From a virus: a stretch of 64,000 nucleotides of DNA. This document shows, piece after piece, positions 44,864 to 54,429 of the stretch; position 1 is the stretch's first letter; every line of letters begins with the position of its first letter. The notes under the pieces were generated by a model. The model had not been told where the DNA came from, did not search any database, and saw only the letters and a list, made by a program, of their open reading frames with translations. The position numbers and the translations under genes are program-made. The stretch covers positions 96,001-160,000 of IMG/VR virus record IMGVR_UViG_3300031519_006853. The stretch is one strand, 5' to 3'.

Positions 44864-46156
44864 ATGTATACTAACGAACAGCTAAATGCCATATACTCAT
44901 CCAAGATTGGATTAGAATTTGAATTCTTTGCAAATGAAGCATTAGACGAAGTAAAATATAACTTATCTAATGCATTAAATAAGCAAATTAAAATTGAAGA
45001 AAAGGCTCATAGTGAATTTACACCTACAGATGAAATATTTAAATTAGAGCCTGACAACTCTGGTGGAACTGGGATGATTGAATTAGTTACAGGACCAATG
45101 CCATTTGTTGAATCAAAACTTATCATAGCTAAAACTTTAAAATGGATTCGTGAAAATGGATCTACTAATGAGAGATGCAGTATTCATATTAATGTTGCAT
45201 TTGATGGAAAGAAACTTGGTACACCTACAAATGTGTCTTCTTTAGATATTGGTAAATTTGTACTTAACTTTAATGAAGATGCTGTATATGAAGCATTTCC
45301 AAATAGAAAAGATTCTGTTTACGCTAAATCTATTAAATTTATTGTACCATTGAGTGGTATGACTCAACCTTCCCCAGCAACTATTTCATGGAGAAATTAT
45401 ATGTTTGTTTCTGAAAAATATTATGGTGTAAACTTTTCTAAGATACCTAAAAATTATATAGAATTTAGATATTTAGGTGGAAAGGATTATGAAAAGAAGT
45501 ATAACACAATTATGAATATGACAGAACATTTTGTATTGTCATTATATGATTCTTTAGTAAATCCAAAATATAACCAAAAAGATCTTAAAGTATTAGAAAC
45601 TATTTTAGAAAAACATAGTGGTGTAGTAGACTCATATAAAGACTATCAAACATTTAAAAAGAAATTTCCTAAAATACATTTAATGGTAGATCTAAAAACA
45701 GCCGATCAAATAGTAGAAACATTTTATCCTAAAATGAGAGAAAAGATATTTGAACTTTTAACTAAAGCTGGATTAAAAGAAGGTTTAATTAATTATGATG
45801 CTGATAGTGGCAGGATGCAACTTAAGAATGCCGAGTTAATGAAATGTTTTGAAATAAAAGGTATAGATATTGTTGATAGTAAAGTACAAGGTAACATTTT
45901 AAACTGTGATATATTTAGTTCTGAATTAATTAACTCTTCATTATTTGAAAGTAATATTTTTGGTGCAACTGATGTTAGTGATTCTAAAATAGAGGATTCT
46001 TATGTAAGTAAAAATGTAATGTGTAAAGATTCATATGTATTTGGCGTAAGAGGAATATTCAGTGGTGAAATGGAAGGTGGCATTTTTAGAAAAGGTAGAG
46101 CTACAGAAATGGCGAGATTTGAAAATACCGAAATAATTGAAATAGAAAAAATATAA
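44864..46156 (+). CDS. Putative amidoligase (COOH-NH2 ligase, Amidoligase_2-like)
   Basis: IGLEFEF, LEPDNS, IELVTG, TNERCSIHIN, KYYGVN, YIEFR; C-terminal beta-helix-like repeats. Confidence 0.75.
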   Translation: MYTNEQLNAIYSSKIGLEFEFFANEALDEVKYNLSNALNKQIKIEEKAHSEFTPTDEIFKLEPDNSGGTGMIELVTGPMPFVESKLIIAKTLKWIRENGSTNERCSIHINVAFDGKKLGTPTNVSSLDIGKFVLNFNEDAVYEAFPNRKDSVYAKSIKFIVPLSGMTQPSPATISWRNYMFVSEKYYGVNFSKIPKNYIEFRYLGGKDYEKKYNTIMNMTEHFVLSLYDSLVNPKYNQKDLKVLETILEKHSGVVDSYKDYQTFKKKFPKIHLMVDLKTADQIVETFYPKMREKIFELLTKAGLKEGLINYDADSGRMQLKNAELMKCFEIKGIDIVDSKVQGNILNCDIFSSELINSSLFESNIFGATDVSDSKIEDSYVSKNVMCKDSYVFGVRGIFSGEMEGGIFRKGRATEMARFENTEIIEIEKI

Positions 46157-46162
46157 AATAAG

Positions 46163-47026
46163 ATGGCTAATAAGAATACTTATTGTAATGATCCTGATGA
46201 AGCTGCATGCTTAGATGCATTAATAAAATTAATTAATGATGATCTTACTATTGCATGCCAAATACCGTTTACTGTTCCTAAGAAAGAATTAAACAATATT
46301 ATACAAAGAGCAAAGCAATATTTTTACAAGATATACGAAGATAGTGTAGAGCAAATGTATATTGCTTTACCAGCAGGTGCTGTAAATAAAGCTGATTTTA
46401 AACAAGGAGTTCCTTATGGTACTGGTGCAGCTAATGAAACTATAACTAATAAAAAAAATCTTGCTAACCCAAGAGGTATAGTTCAAATGCCTTCCAGAGT
46501 TTATTCAGTAAATGATGTATTTGAAATTGGTGGATTTAGTGGAGAAGATGGTGGTTTTGGTAGTACTAGTTTTAATGCAGGAGATGTAGATTTTTCAATT
46601 GATAAATTTATTTATGATGATGTTTATGGTGCTGGTATTGGGAGTGAAAATTTAATGTATTATGTAGTTAATTCATTATTTATGGATAATGCAAGACAAG
46701 TTCTTTTACCACAAATATCATATACTTTTAATAGATTAACTAAAAAGTTTAGATTCCAAGGGCAGTTACCAAGAAATGCAGTTATATTTGAAATATTTTC
46801 TACTATTCCTGATTGTGCGTTATTTGAAGATGAGGCCTTTCAACGATATGTTATGGGAATGGCTAAAATACAATTATCTAGAATATTAGGAACCTTTTCA
46901 TTCAATCTGCCAGGTAATATTACTATTAACTATGATATGATTTCATCTGAAGGTAGAGAAGAAGTAGACAGAGTAGTTGAAGAAATTAAAAACGATGAAG
47001 GCGTTGATTACTTTTTCACAGGATAA
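46163..47026 (+). CDS. Neck protein (T4 gp13-like)
   Basis: FQRYVMGMAK..L..ILG.F...LPGNITINYD.I..EG.EE C-terminal signature. Confidence 0.7.
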   Translation: MANKNTYCNDPDEAACLDALIKLINDDLTIACQIPFTVPKKELNNIIQRAKQYFYKIYEDSVEQMYIALPAGAVNKADFKQGVPYGTGAANETITNKKNLANPRGIVQMPSRVYSVNDVFEIGGFSGEDGGFGSTSFNAGDVDFSIDKFIYDDVYGAGIGSENLMYYVVNSLFMDNARQVLLPQISYTFNRLTKKFRFQGQLPRNAVIFEIFSTIPDCALFEDEAFQRYVMGMAKIQLSRILGTFSFNLPGNITINYDMISSEGREEVDRVVEEIKNDEGVDYFFTG

Positions 47027-47057
47027 TTATAATCTGAAAGCTATTAAAGTAAAAGAG

Positions 47058-47066
47058 AATATATAA
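47058..47066 (+). promoter_or_regulatory. Late-type promoter motif AATATATAA
   Basis: Recurrent intergenic motif. Confidence 0.5.
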
Positions 47067-47086
47067 TAAAAAATTAGTGTTCTTCA

Positions 47087-47449
47087 ATGATCAGAGATAT
47101 TTATAGTAGAGATGCATTAGCACCAAAGTATAACGACAATACTTTAGAGGTTAGCGATTCATTATCTCAGTTAATTATTAAGATAGAAAATTGTCTATTT
47201 ACAACCAAAGGCGATGTTTTAGGAGCACCTGGTTTAGGTGCTAATTTAGATGAATTAATATTTTCATTAGTCTTAAACGAGAATACTATACAGAATAATA
47301 TTAATAGTCAAATAACTGCATACTGTTTACCAAACTTTGCAGGTTTTGATGTAGATACAAAAGTTAGCTTTTTTTCTACAGAAGATCGTGACGGGTGTTT
47401 GGTTGATATTTTTGTAAATGAACAAAGAGTCATAGGCGCTCTTTTTTAA
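47087..47449 (+). CDS. Baseplate wedge protein (gp25-like)
   Basis: IENCLFTTKGDVLGAPGLGANLDELIF; immediately upstream of the gp6-like gene. Confidence 0.75.
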   Translation: MIRDIYSRDALAPKYNDNTLEVSDSLSQLIIKIENCLFTTKGDVLGAPGLGANLDELIFSLVLNENTIQNNINSQITAYCLPNFAGFDVDTKVSFFSTEDRDGCLVDIFVNEQRVIGALF

Positions 47450-47462
47450 AATAATAAAGTAA

Positions 47463-49319
47463 ATGTCATTTTTTAGTAAAACAAGATTAAAAGCTACAGA
47501 GTTATTTGAAGATTCATTTCAATATCTCCAGCGTACTTATGATCAAGCCGTAGAGGTATTTACTCCCGCGTCACCGTTTGGACAAGTCTTAACTGTAGTT
47601 TCTAATTTAGGTGAAATGATTTTCTTTTATATAGAGGCAGTAGCTACTGAAATGAATATTTCTCGAGCAAGAAACATTGAGTCTATATATGGATTATCTA
47701 GATTAACTGGTCATGACCCTACGCGAGGTATATCTGCAAGAGGTATTATTGGATTACGATTAAACACAAGTGCATCTAGCCTTCTTAATGGTGATTACGT
47801 TCAGATTATGAATGGTGCCAGTTTTGAAGTAGGACAAAATGGATTAACTTATTACTTAAGATTTAATAGTGATTTTATAAGATTAGATAAAACTAATAAA
47901 CAATTTGTTAATGTTGAAGTAATACAAGGTGAAAAGGATGAACAGTCATTTACTGGTTCAGGTAACCCTTTACAAAGCTTTAACTTAAGCACTAAAGAAC
48001 CTACTGATCAATATTTAGTTGAAGTTTATGTTGATGGTGAATTATGGAAAATAGAAGATTCATTATATGATATGAATAACGGAGAAAAATCTGTTATGGT
48101 AAAAACTAGTGTAAACGGTGGTTTAAGTATATTCTTTGGTAATAATCAATTCGGATTACCTCCTGCTTTAGGTTCTCGTATTAGAGTTACTTATGTAAAG
48201 ACTAGAGGTGTTGCTGGAAATATTGGTGGTAAGGCATTAGACATAAAATTTTCAACTCCTGGAACTGATTCGTCTGGCGAGGAAGCTGATTTAAATGAAA
48301 TCTTATCTATAAACATTACTAGAAATCCAATGTTTGGTTCTGATTCTGAAGATCCAACATTTACCAGATTAATTGCACCATACCAAAGTAATTCTTTTGT
48401 TTTAGCAAATCCTAATAATTATATTTACTATTTAAGTAAGTATGACTTTTGGTCTTTTATAGATGCTTATAATACAAAGAATGATGAATACTTAGATGAT
48501 GATAATATTATTTACTTATTCTTAATACCAGATGTAAAGAAAAAATTAACCAGTGACTTAGATTATTTTAGTGTACCTGAGGTTGAATTTACAATGACTA
48601 CACAGGAAAAAGAGATGACCTATGAAATATTAAACAAAAGCGGAAGACAAGTTGTTACTGCTGAAACTCGAATTGTAGATCCTACTATTAAAAGGTATGC
48701 ATTAAATGTTGTAATAAGATGGTTTGATAATTATGATAAAGATGCTATAAGAATAGAAATAAGAAAAAACTTAGATCAATATTTTTTAAATGTAAATAGA
48801 AGAGATAGAATTCCAAGATCAGATATTATTTCAATAATTGAAAATGTTGACGGCATTGATTCTGTAAATGTATTCTTTATATCAGAAGCAAACGAACAAG
48901 CTATTAGAAATGGTTTTTATTTTGTACCTGTGTACGGTACAGATCCTGTCACAGATCAACGCGTATTAATAGAAAACACCAAAATAGTTTTAAAAGAAGG
49001 CGAAGATCCTCAAATAGGTTTGGATAGTTTTGGAGATGTAATTATTGAAAATAATGATATAGCAATTATTAGAGGTGGATGGAAAGATAGAAATGGAACA
49101 TACTATGAACCTATACCAGAAGCTAATAAAATTGGTTCTCTTAATGTATTCTATAAAGAAGGTATTGCAAATAATCTTTATAATAAAATACAACAAGAAA
49201 AATATAATAAAGTTCAAAGAAGCAGAGGTACTACAATTGCAACAGGTGCTAATTCAGCTGGATTAAATACCGGTAGATTGCAAAATAGCCCTACACTTAA
49301 AGCATTAAAAGGAGAATAA
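47463..49319 (+). CDS. Baseplate wedge protein (gp6-like)
   Basis: ARNIESIY..SR..G, EVIQGE, SIFFGNNQFG..P..GSRI.VTY..T.G..GN, GSDSED. Confidence 0.8.
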   Translation: MSFFSKTRLKATELFEDSFQYLQRTYDQAVEVFTPASPFGQVLTVVSNLGEMIFFYIEAVATEMNISRARNIESIYGLSRLTGHDPTRGISARGIIGLRLNTSASSLLNGDYVQIMNGASFEVGQNGLTYYLRFNSDFIRLDKTNKQFVNVEVIQGEKDEQSFTGSGNPLQSFNLSTKEPTDQYLVEVYVDGELWKIEDSLYDMNNGEKSVMVKTSVNGGLSIFFGNNQFGLPPALGSRIRVTYVKTRGVAGNIGGKALDIKFSTPGTDSSGEEADLNEILSINITRNPMFGSDSEDPTFTRLIAPYQSNSFVLANPNNYIYYLSKYDFWSFIDAYNTKNDEYLDDDNIIYLFLIPDVKKKLTSDLDYFSVPEVEFTMTTQEKEMTYEILNKSGRQVVTAETRIVDPTIKRYALNVVIRWFDNYDKDAIRIEIRKNLDQYFLNVNRRDRIPRSDIISIIENVDGIDSVNVFFISEANEQAIRNGFYFVPVYGTDPVTDQRVLIENTKIVLKEGEDPQIGLDSFGDVIIENNDIAIIRGGWKDRNGTYYEPIPEANKIGSLNVFYKEGIANNLYNKIQQEKYNKVQRSRGTTIATGANSAGLNTGRLQNSPTLKALKGE

Positions 49320-49320
49320 T

Positions 49321-49590
49321 ATGGCAACAGTTAAAAATGATAGAACAGGATTTCCTAGCTTGTATAGAGCTACCTACGAAGAAGGATGGCAACTAAAAAA
49401 TACAGGATTTGATTATTCTAAAGGGTTTTTAAGAAACATGATGGGAAAACAAATGTTTAGAAATAGACACTTAGCTGAATTCTTAGATGATTATCTTAGT
49501 CCTATTATGTTATTTTATATTAATAAAGTAAAGTACTTAAGAATTTATTATAACTTTGCAGTACCTAAGTGGTATCAAAAAATAAATTAA
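49321..49590 (+). CDS. Small hypothetical (baseplate-associated) protein
   Basis: ORF track; context. Confidence 0.6.
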   Translation: MATVKNDRTGFPSLYRATYEEGWQLKNTGFDYSKGFLRNMMGKQMFRNRHLAEFLDDYLSPIMLFYINKVKYLRIYYNFAVPKWYQKIN

Positions 49591-49596
49591 TAAAGC

Positions 49597-52500
49597 GTGG
49601 CTAATTGGAAACATTTATTTTTCTTTGATAAGAACGGGAAGAATTACAACATGGCATATGACAGTACTACTGACAAGTGGTCTGGTGATATCTTTTTGCC
49701 TCAGGTTTCTATTGACTTATTTGAAGTAGGGCAGATATTTATCTTACAAAAAATGGTTAATGCTACTAGCAATACTTTTATGTATGGGTATCCTCATGCG
49801 TATAATGAGTTAGTTACTGGTGATAATTGTGATTGGGATTTTACATGGGATACTACACAGCCTAATGAAATATTTCTTTTTCAGTTTAATAAAGAGTTTA
49901 ACACTGGTACACAATCTGCATTAGTCCAAGAACAAGATGGACCTCCGTTAGAAAAAATTACTAAATTAAATGCACCATTAGAATATGATTCAAATCAAAC
50001 AATAAATAGTGAAGGATATATTGTTACGAATAAAATTAATTCTGAAGCATTACAAATAAACATTGCGTTCTCATCCCCGTTAGAAAATACATATAGAAGA
50101 AAGTTAATTATAACTGATGAGTGTACTAATACTATTATTGCAGAATTTACTGTTTATGCTGAGAGTATAGAAGAAGATGAAAGATTAAGAGTTATGACTC
50201 AAAATATGGGTTATAATGTTATTGCATCTGATAGTGCTGTTTTTAGAGATACAAATATTAAGGAAGTTTTACCTGATTATGTAGAAGTTAATCTTAAGAG
50301 AAAAGAAATAATGATGGATGGGCATAACATATACCCATACATAGGTTCATATAAAGGATTAATAAATGCTATAAAGTTTTTTGGTTATAATAATTTAAAG
50401 CTTAAAGAATTTTGGAAAAATGTAAATGCCAATTCTCCACAATTTGGTAAGTATATCCAAAGTAGCACTGTAGATTTATTTTCACCTACAGTTCAATTTG
50501 ATGACAAGAAAATAACATTACCAAATAAAAACTTTAGAAAGACTAGTTTATTTAGTCTTATTTATAGAATTAATAAAATAGTCCCAGGAAAATTTACTGA
50601 TGAGGATTTACCAGTAACAGAAGAGCTGCAAGATTTTACTATTGAAGAAATTTTAATTAAGCTATTTGGTTTAAAGAGAAAATTAGAAAATGAATATCTT
50701 CCACTTAATGCTCGCATCCAAGGAATTACAGCAGAGGCTGATTACTTTGGTTTATTAGAAGTAACTAATACTATAAGTAGAAATGATACTAATACAATTA
50801 GAGCTGGTATAAATACTGATTTTAAAATATCGCCTAGTGCATGTACATACTTAGAAGATCTTAGAAAATTTGATTCTTTTTGTTTAGAGGAAGCAGGAAT
50901 TGTTGGTCAAGCAATTGTTAATTTCTGTAATGCATATATTGCACCATTAGCTGGAGCTGGCGGCGCAGCAGCAGTTGCACAAAACATGATAATAGATTAT
51001 GTACCAGGACAAGTATTACCACCTTCACCAATTGGCCCAGATCCTAACAGCGTGCTTGGTGCATTACAAGATGGTAGTAATGTGCAAATAAAAGATGTAG
51101 CTGGAGTGTATGCTGCATATTTTTCTAGATACGCGCCTAATTTAAATAAGGTACCAGGACTTAATGATAAAGATGGTTATTCTTCTGAATATTTACCTGA
51201 CCAACCTAACACACCTACTGGTGCTTTAATTACTTTAACTAATGATAGTTTTGGTAATATAACATGGGATAATATTAATAGTACATGGGATCAACTAACT
51301 AATGCAAATGACTTCTTTACTTTTGATTTTAATGTACAAGGCGCGAATGTTGGTGATGTTTACACTATAAGTGATCCTGCATCTGCAACCTCTGCAACTT
51401 ATACTGTAGTTTTTGGTGATACAATACAATCAATTACTACAGCTATCTTTAATCAAGTAGCAGCGTTTAAGACAGCACAAACTGATCCTTGGTTATGGTT
51501 TGATTGGTCACAGGTTACAAATGATATAGGTCCATGTATTAGAGCTTACGGAAATGATGTAAATAGATTTAGAGCAACAGCTACTTTAGCTAATGCTGCA
51601 AGTGGTGGTCAATTTACAGGTATTCAATTACCTGGTGAAACTTTATTTACATGGAGTGGTTTACAATCTGGGAATATTTCAGAAATAGAATGGACTGTAT
51701 ATAAAGATGCATCGGATGTATCTCCTGCATACTTTTTTCAAATAAGAGGTACAATTGGACAATATGGAACTTTACCTATAACCTTACCTTATATTGGTAC
51801 TTATAATGTAGAAATGAAATTATTTGATATGTATAATAATATATCATCTTCAGTAAAGCATGATGCAATTTGTGTTGATGAAAGACAAGTAGAATACTCA
51901 GGGTGGTACCAATCAAGAAAACTTGTATATACATGGAGTAGTGAAGGTAAATATACATGGAAGGATTATGGATCTTTATGGGATTTACCTATACAACCTT
52001 CAGTAACTTGGGATGAAGAAACTCCTAGCTTATATGATTCTCTCGATAGAGTTAATGCAATCTTAAATACTTTTGGTATTGGAACTTCTACGGATTTTCA
52101 ACTATTAAATTATCAAGATAGTGGTAAAGCTAGTTTTAGTGGACCATATCAATGGAAAAATTTAAACAAAAGATTTTGTACTTGGAATAACTCTTATCAC
52201 TTATGGTGGGACATGACAGCAACGACTGGCGATACTCCTGCATTTTTTCAATTTAGTGAAATGAAGCCAGATACTTATTTAAAGATTGTTGATCTTAAAG
52301 GTAATATAGGAACTCATTTCTTTGATGCAGCAACAGATACTCTAGCTGAGGCAGTTGCAGAGCTTAATGTAAGCACTAATAACATTATTAACAAATATGT
52401 TTATAACTTAGTTTTAAATGCATCAAACAGTGCAATGTTTGTACAGGCAGTATCAAGATACTTTGGATTACATGGAGATTTTAAATCCGTTGATATTGTA

Positions 52501-53742
52501 GATATAAATAACTTAAGAGTTTGTTCAAGTGGAACTGGTAATGTTACAGATTATTTTGGAGGGGAGATAGCAGCAACTACACTATACCCACCTTTTGCTA
52601 AAGCATTACCAATAAATGGAATGACCTTACTTTCAGTAGGGGCCATTGGCGGTGCACCTGCAGTAACAGATAATTTTGTAGAAAAAGTTGCAAGATGTGT
52701 GGAAATGATATTAAATCCTGATGGTGCTAGTATAATTTACAATAAACAAGCTGCCGTATTGCAAAAACTACAATCATTAAAAACTATTCAGAGAATAGGT
52801 TATGTTGGAATGGGATCTTATACCCCAAGTTTAGAAGACATGGCAGGTTGGGATAATACTATGGACAGTAATTCAAATGTTGATTTTGTTTGGGAAAATA
52901 CCTCACTATCACCACAAGCGCAAATTACAGAAGTATTAGAACATGTGCTACATACTATAACTACATTTGGTTTACCAGGTGCTTATCCTACGGTGTTTAA
53001 TCAAACTTCTCCATCAGGACCAACTTATGCTGCAATGTCAGAAGCAATTAATAATGGTGTATTTGATACATCAGGATATTCACAACAACCTGGAGAAACC
53101 TTAGACGAATTTAGAGCTCTATTAATGAGAGAGTATTTATACTTATTAATATATGCAGAATGGAATTTTATTACTACTTACGTGAGCGGTGGAACTTTAT
53201 CACCAGAATGGACTGCTGATACACCATCATTGGTTGCATCGACCAATCCATTAGGTCATGCTCTATATACAGATTATATAAGTAAGCTATTAGTAACACC
53301 TAGTACTACTATATTAAATACAATATTTTTAACATCAGCTACCCCATCTGGTTATGTACCATTTGAAATAGATCCTTCTGGTGGAAATGTAGATTGTTTA
53401 AGTAGAATTTACAAGTCAAGCCAAAGTATAACAAGTAATCCTACATGGGGAACTGCTAAATTTATTAATGATGGAAAAGTATTACCACCAATGTCATGGG
53501 CCATGTTTGTCTATGATAAATGTAAGATTGTTGGTAAAGATGCTCCTAAGTGGACTATCTCTAATACTACTAACTCATCCGTGGCTGATATATATTTTGA
53601 AAGCAAGTATCTAACATATCTTTTTAAAGACCCAGGAAAGTATATGATAACATTAGAACTTACTGATACGAATGGGAATAAATATAAAAAAGGTAGAAAT
53701 ATCTTGAATATAAAAGAGATTAAAGAATCTCAACAAATTTAA
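49597..53742 (+). CDS. Large baseplate protein (gp7-like) with an inserted EHxxH domain and C-terminal PKD-like segment
   Basis: YIGSYKGLINAIKFFGY, Trp-rich TW repeats, PGKYMITLELTD; follows the gp6-like gene. Confidence 0.6.
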   Translation: MANWKHLFFFDKNGKNYNMAYDSTTDKWSGDIFLPQVSIDLFEVGQIFILQKMVNATSNTFMYGYPHAYNELVTGDNCDWDFTWDTTQPNEIFLFQFNKEFNTGTQSALVQEQDGPPLEKITKLNAPLEYDSNQTINSEGYIVTNKINSEALQINIAFSSPLENTYRRKLIITDECTNTIIAEFTVYAESIEEDERLRVMTQNMGYNVIASDSAVFRDTNIKEVLPDYVEVNLKRKEIMMDGHNIYPYIGSYKGLINAIKFFGYNNLKLKEFWKNVNANSPQFGKYIQSSTVDLFSPTVQFDDKKITLPNKNFRKTSLFSLIYRINKIVPGKFTDEDLPVTEELQDFTIEEILIKLFGLKRKLENEYLPLNARIQGITAEADYFGLLEVTNTISRNDTNTIRAGINTDFKISPSACTYLEDLRKFDSFCLEEAGIVGQAIVNFCNAYIAPLAGAGGAAAVAQNMIIDYVPGQVLPPSPIGPDPNSVLGALQDGSNVQIKDVAGVYAAYFSRYAPNLNKVPGLNDKDGYSSEYLPDQPNTPTGALITLTNDSFGNITWDNINSTWDQLTNANDFFTFDFNVQGANVGDVYTISDPASATSATYTVVFGDTIQSITTAIFNQVAAFKTAQTDPWLWFDWSQVTNDIGPCIRAYGNDVNRFRATATLANAASGGQFTGIQLPGETLFTWSGLQSGNISEIEWTVYKDASDVSPAYFFQIRGTIGQYGTLPITLPYIGTYNVEMKLFDMYNNISSSVKHDAICVDERQVEYSGWYQSRKLVYTWSSEGKYTWKDYGSLWDLPIQPSVTWDEETPSLYDSLDRVNAILNTFGIGTSTDFQLLNYQDSGKASFSGPYQWKNLNKRFCTWNNSYHLWWDMTATTGDTPAFFQFSEMKPDTYLKIVDLKGNIGTHFFDAATDTLAEAVAELNVSTNNIINKYVYNLVLNASNSAMFVQAVSRYFGLHGDFKSVDIVDINNLRVCSSGTGNVTDYFGGEIAATTLYPPFAKALPINGMTLLSVGAIGGAPAVTDNFVEKVARCVEMILNPDGASIIYNKQAAVLQKLQSLKTIQRIGYVGMGSYTPSLEDMAGWDNTMDSNSNVDFVWENTSLSPQAQITEVLEHVLHTITTFGLPGAYPTVFNQTSPSGPTYAAMSEAINNGVFDTSGYSQQPGETLDEFRALLMREYLYLLIYAEWNFITTYVSGGTLSPEWTADTPSLVASTNPLGHALYTDYISKLLVTPSTTILNTIFLTSATPSGYVPFEIDPSGGNVDCLSRIYKSSQSITSNPTWGTAKFINDGKVLPPMSWAMFVYDKCKIVGKDAPKWTISNTTNSSVADIYFESKYLTYLFKDPGKYMITLELTDTNGNKYKKGRNILNIKEIKESQQI

Positions 53743-53755
53743 AACAAATAATAAA

Positions 53756-54406
53756 ATGGCAATTAGCGTAACAGAAATTTTAGGAACCGATTCTTTATCA
53801 GGATCGAGGTTAGTTATTAATGATAACTTTAATGTTCTTGCTAGTGAAATTAATGCGATGGAGGTATATTTTGCCCCTACTGCTGGTACAATCACTAATT
53901 TAAATAACCTTTCAACCGAGGCATTGAGGGTAGGTTTAAGCACTATCCTACTTGATATTAATGCTAGTACTTTTGATATTTTAACCAATGTCAAAATGAC
54001 GGGAAATTTAACAATGAGTGGTGGTGGAGTATTTAGAAATGATACAAACCCAACACCTCTTAATGATACTACAGCAGGATCGTCAATGACATTGGATGTC
54101 GGTACTAGTACTGCAATACCTGCTTATACAATTAATAGGTGTGGAAATACAGATATTACAGCCCCTCTAGATATATCATTGTATCAAGGAAGTATAGGAC
54201 AAGAGATATTCTTTATGTGTACCGAAGGTAGTGGTGTTGTTAATGTAGCTTCTCCTGCGGGATTAAACTATATTGTAACAACAGGAACGACAAATACTAT
54301 TACTTTAAATGCAGTAGGTGAAAGTGTACATCTTTTAGCAATTGACAATGGATCAGGTATTCCTATTTGGTATATTGTTGGTGGACAAGGATATGTATTA
54401 TCATAA
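53756..54406 (+). CDS. Putative virion structural protein
   Basis: DSLSGSRLVINDNF N-terminus typical of fibre/baseplate proteins. Confidence 0.55.
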   Translation: MAISVTEILGTDSLSGSRLVINDNFNVLASEINAMEVYFAPTAGTITNLNNLSTEALRVGLSTILLDINASTFDILTNVKMTGNLTMSGGGVFRNDTNPTPLNDTTAGSSMTLDVGTSTAIPAYTINRCGNTDITAPLDISLYQGSIGQEIFFMCTEGSGVVNVASPAGLNYIVTTGTTNTITLNAVGESVHLLAIDNGSGIPIWYIVGGQGYVLS

Positions 54407-54429
54407 TTAATTAAAGAAAAAAACTATAC

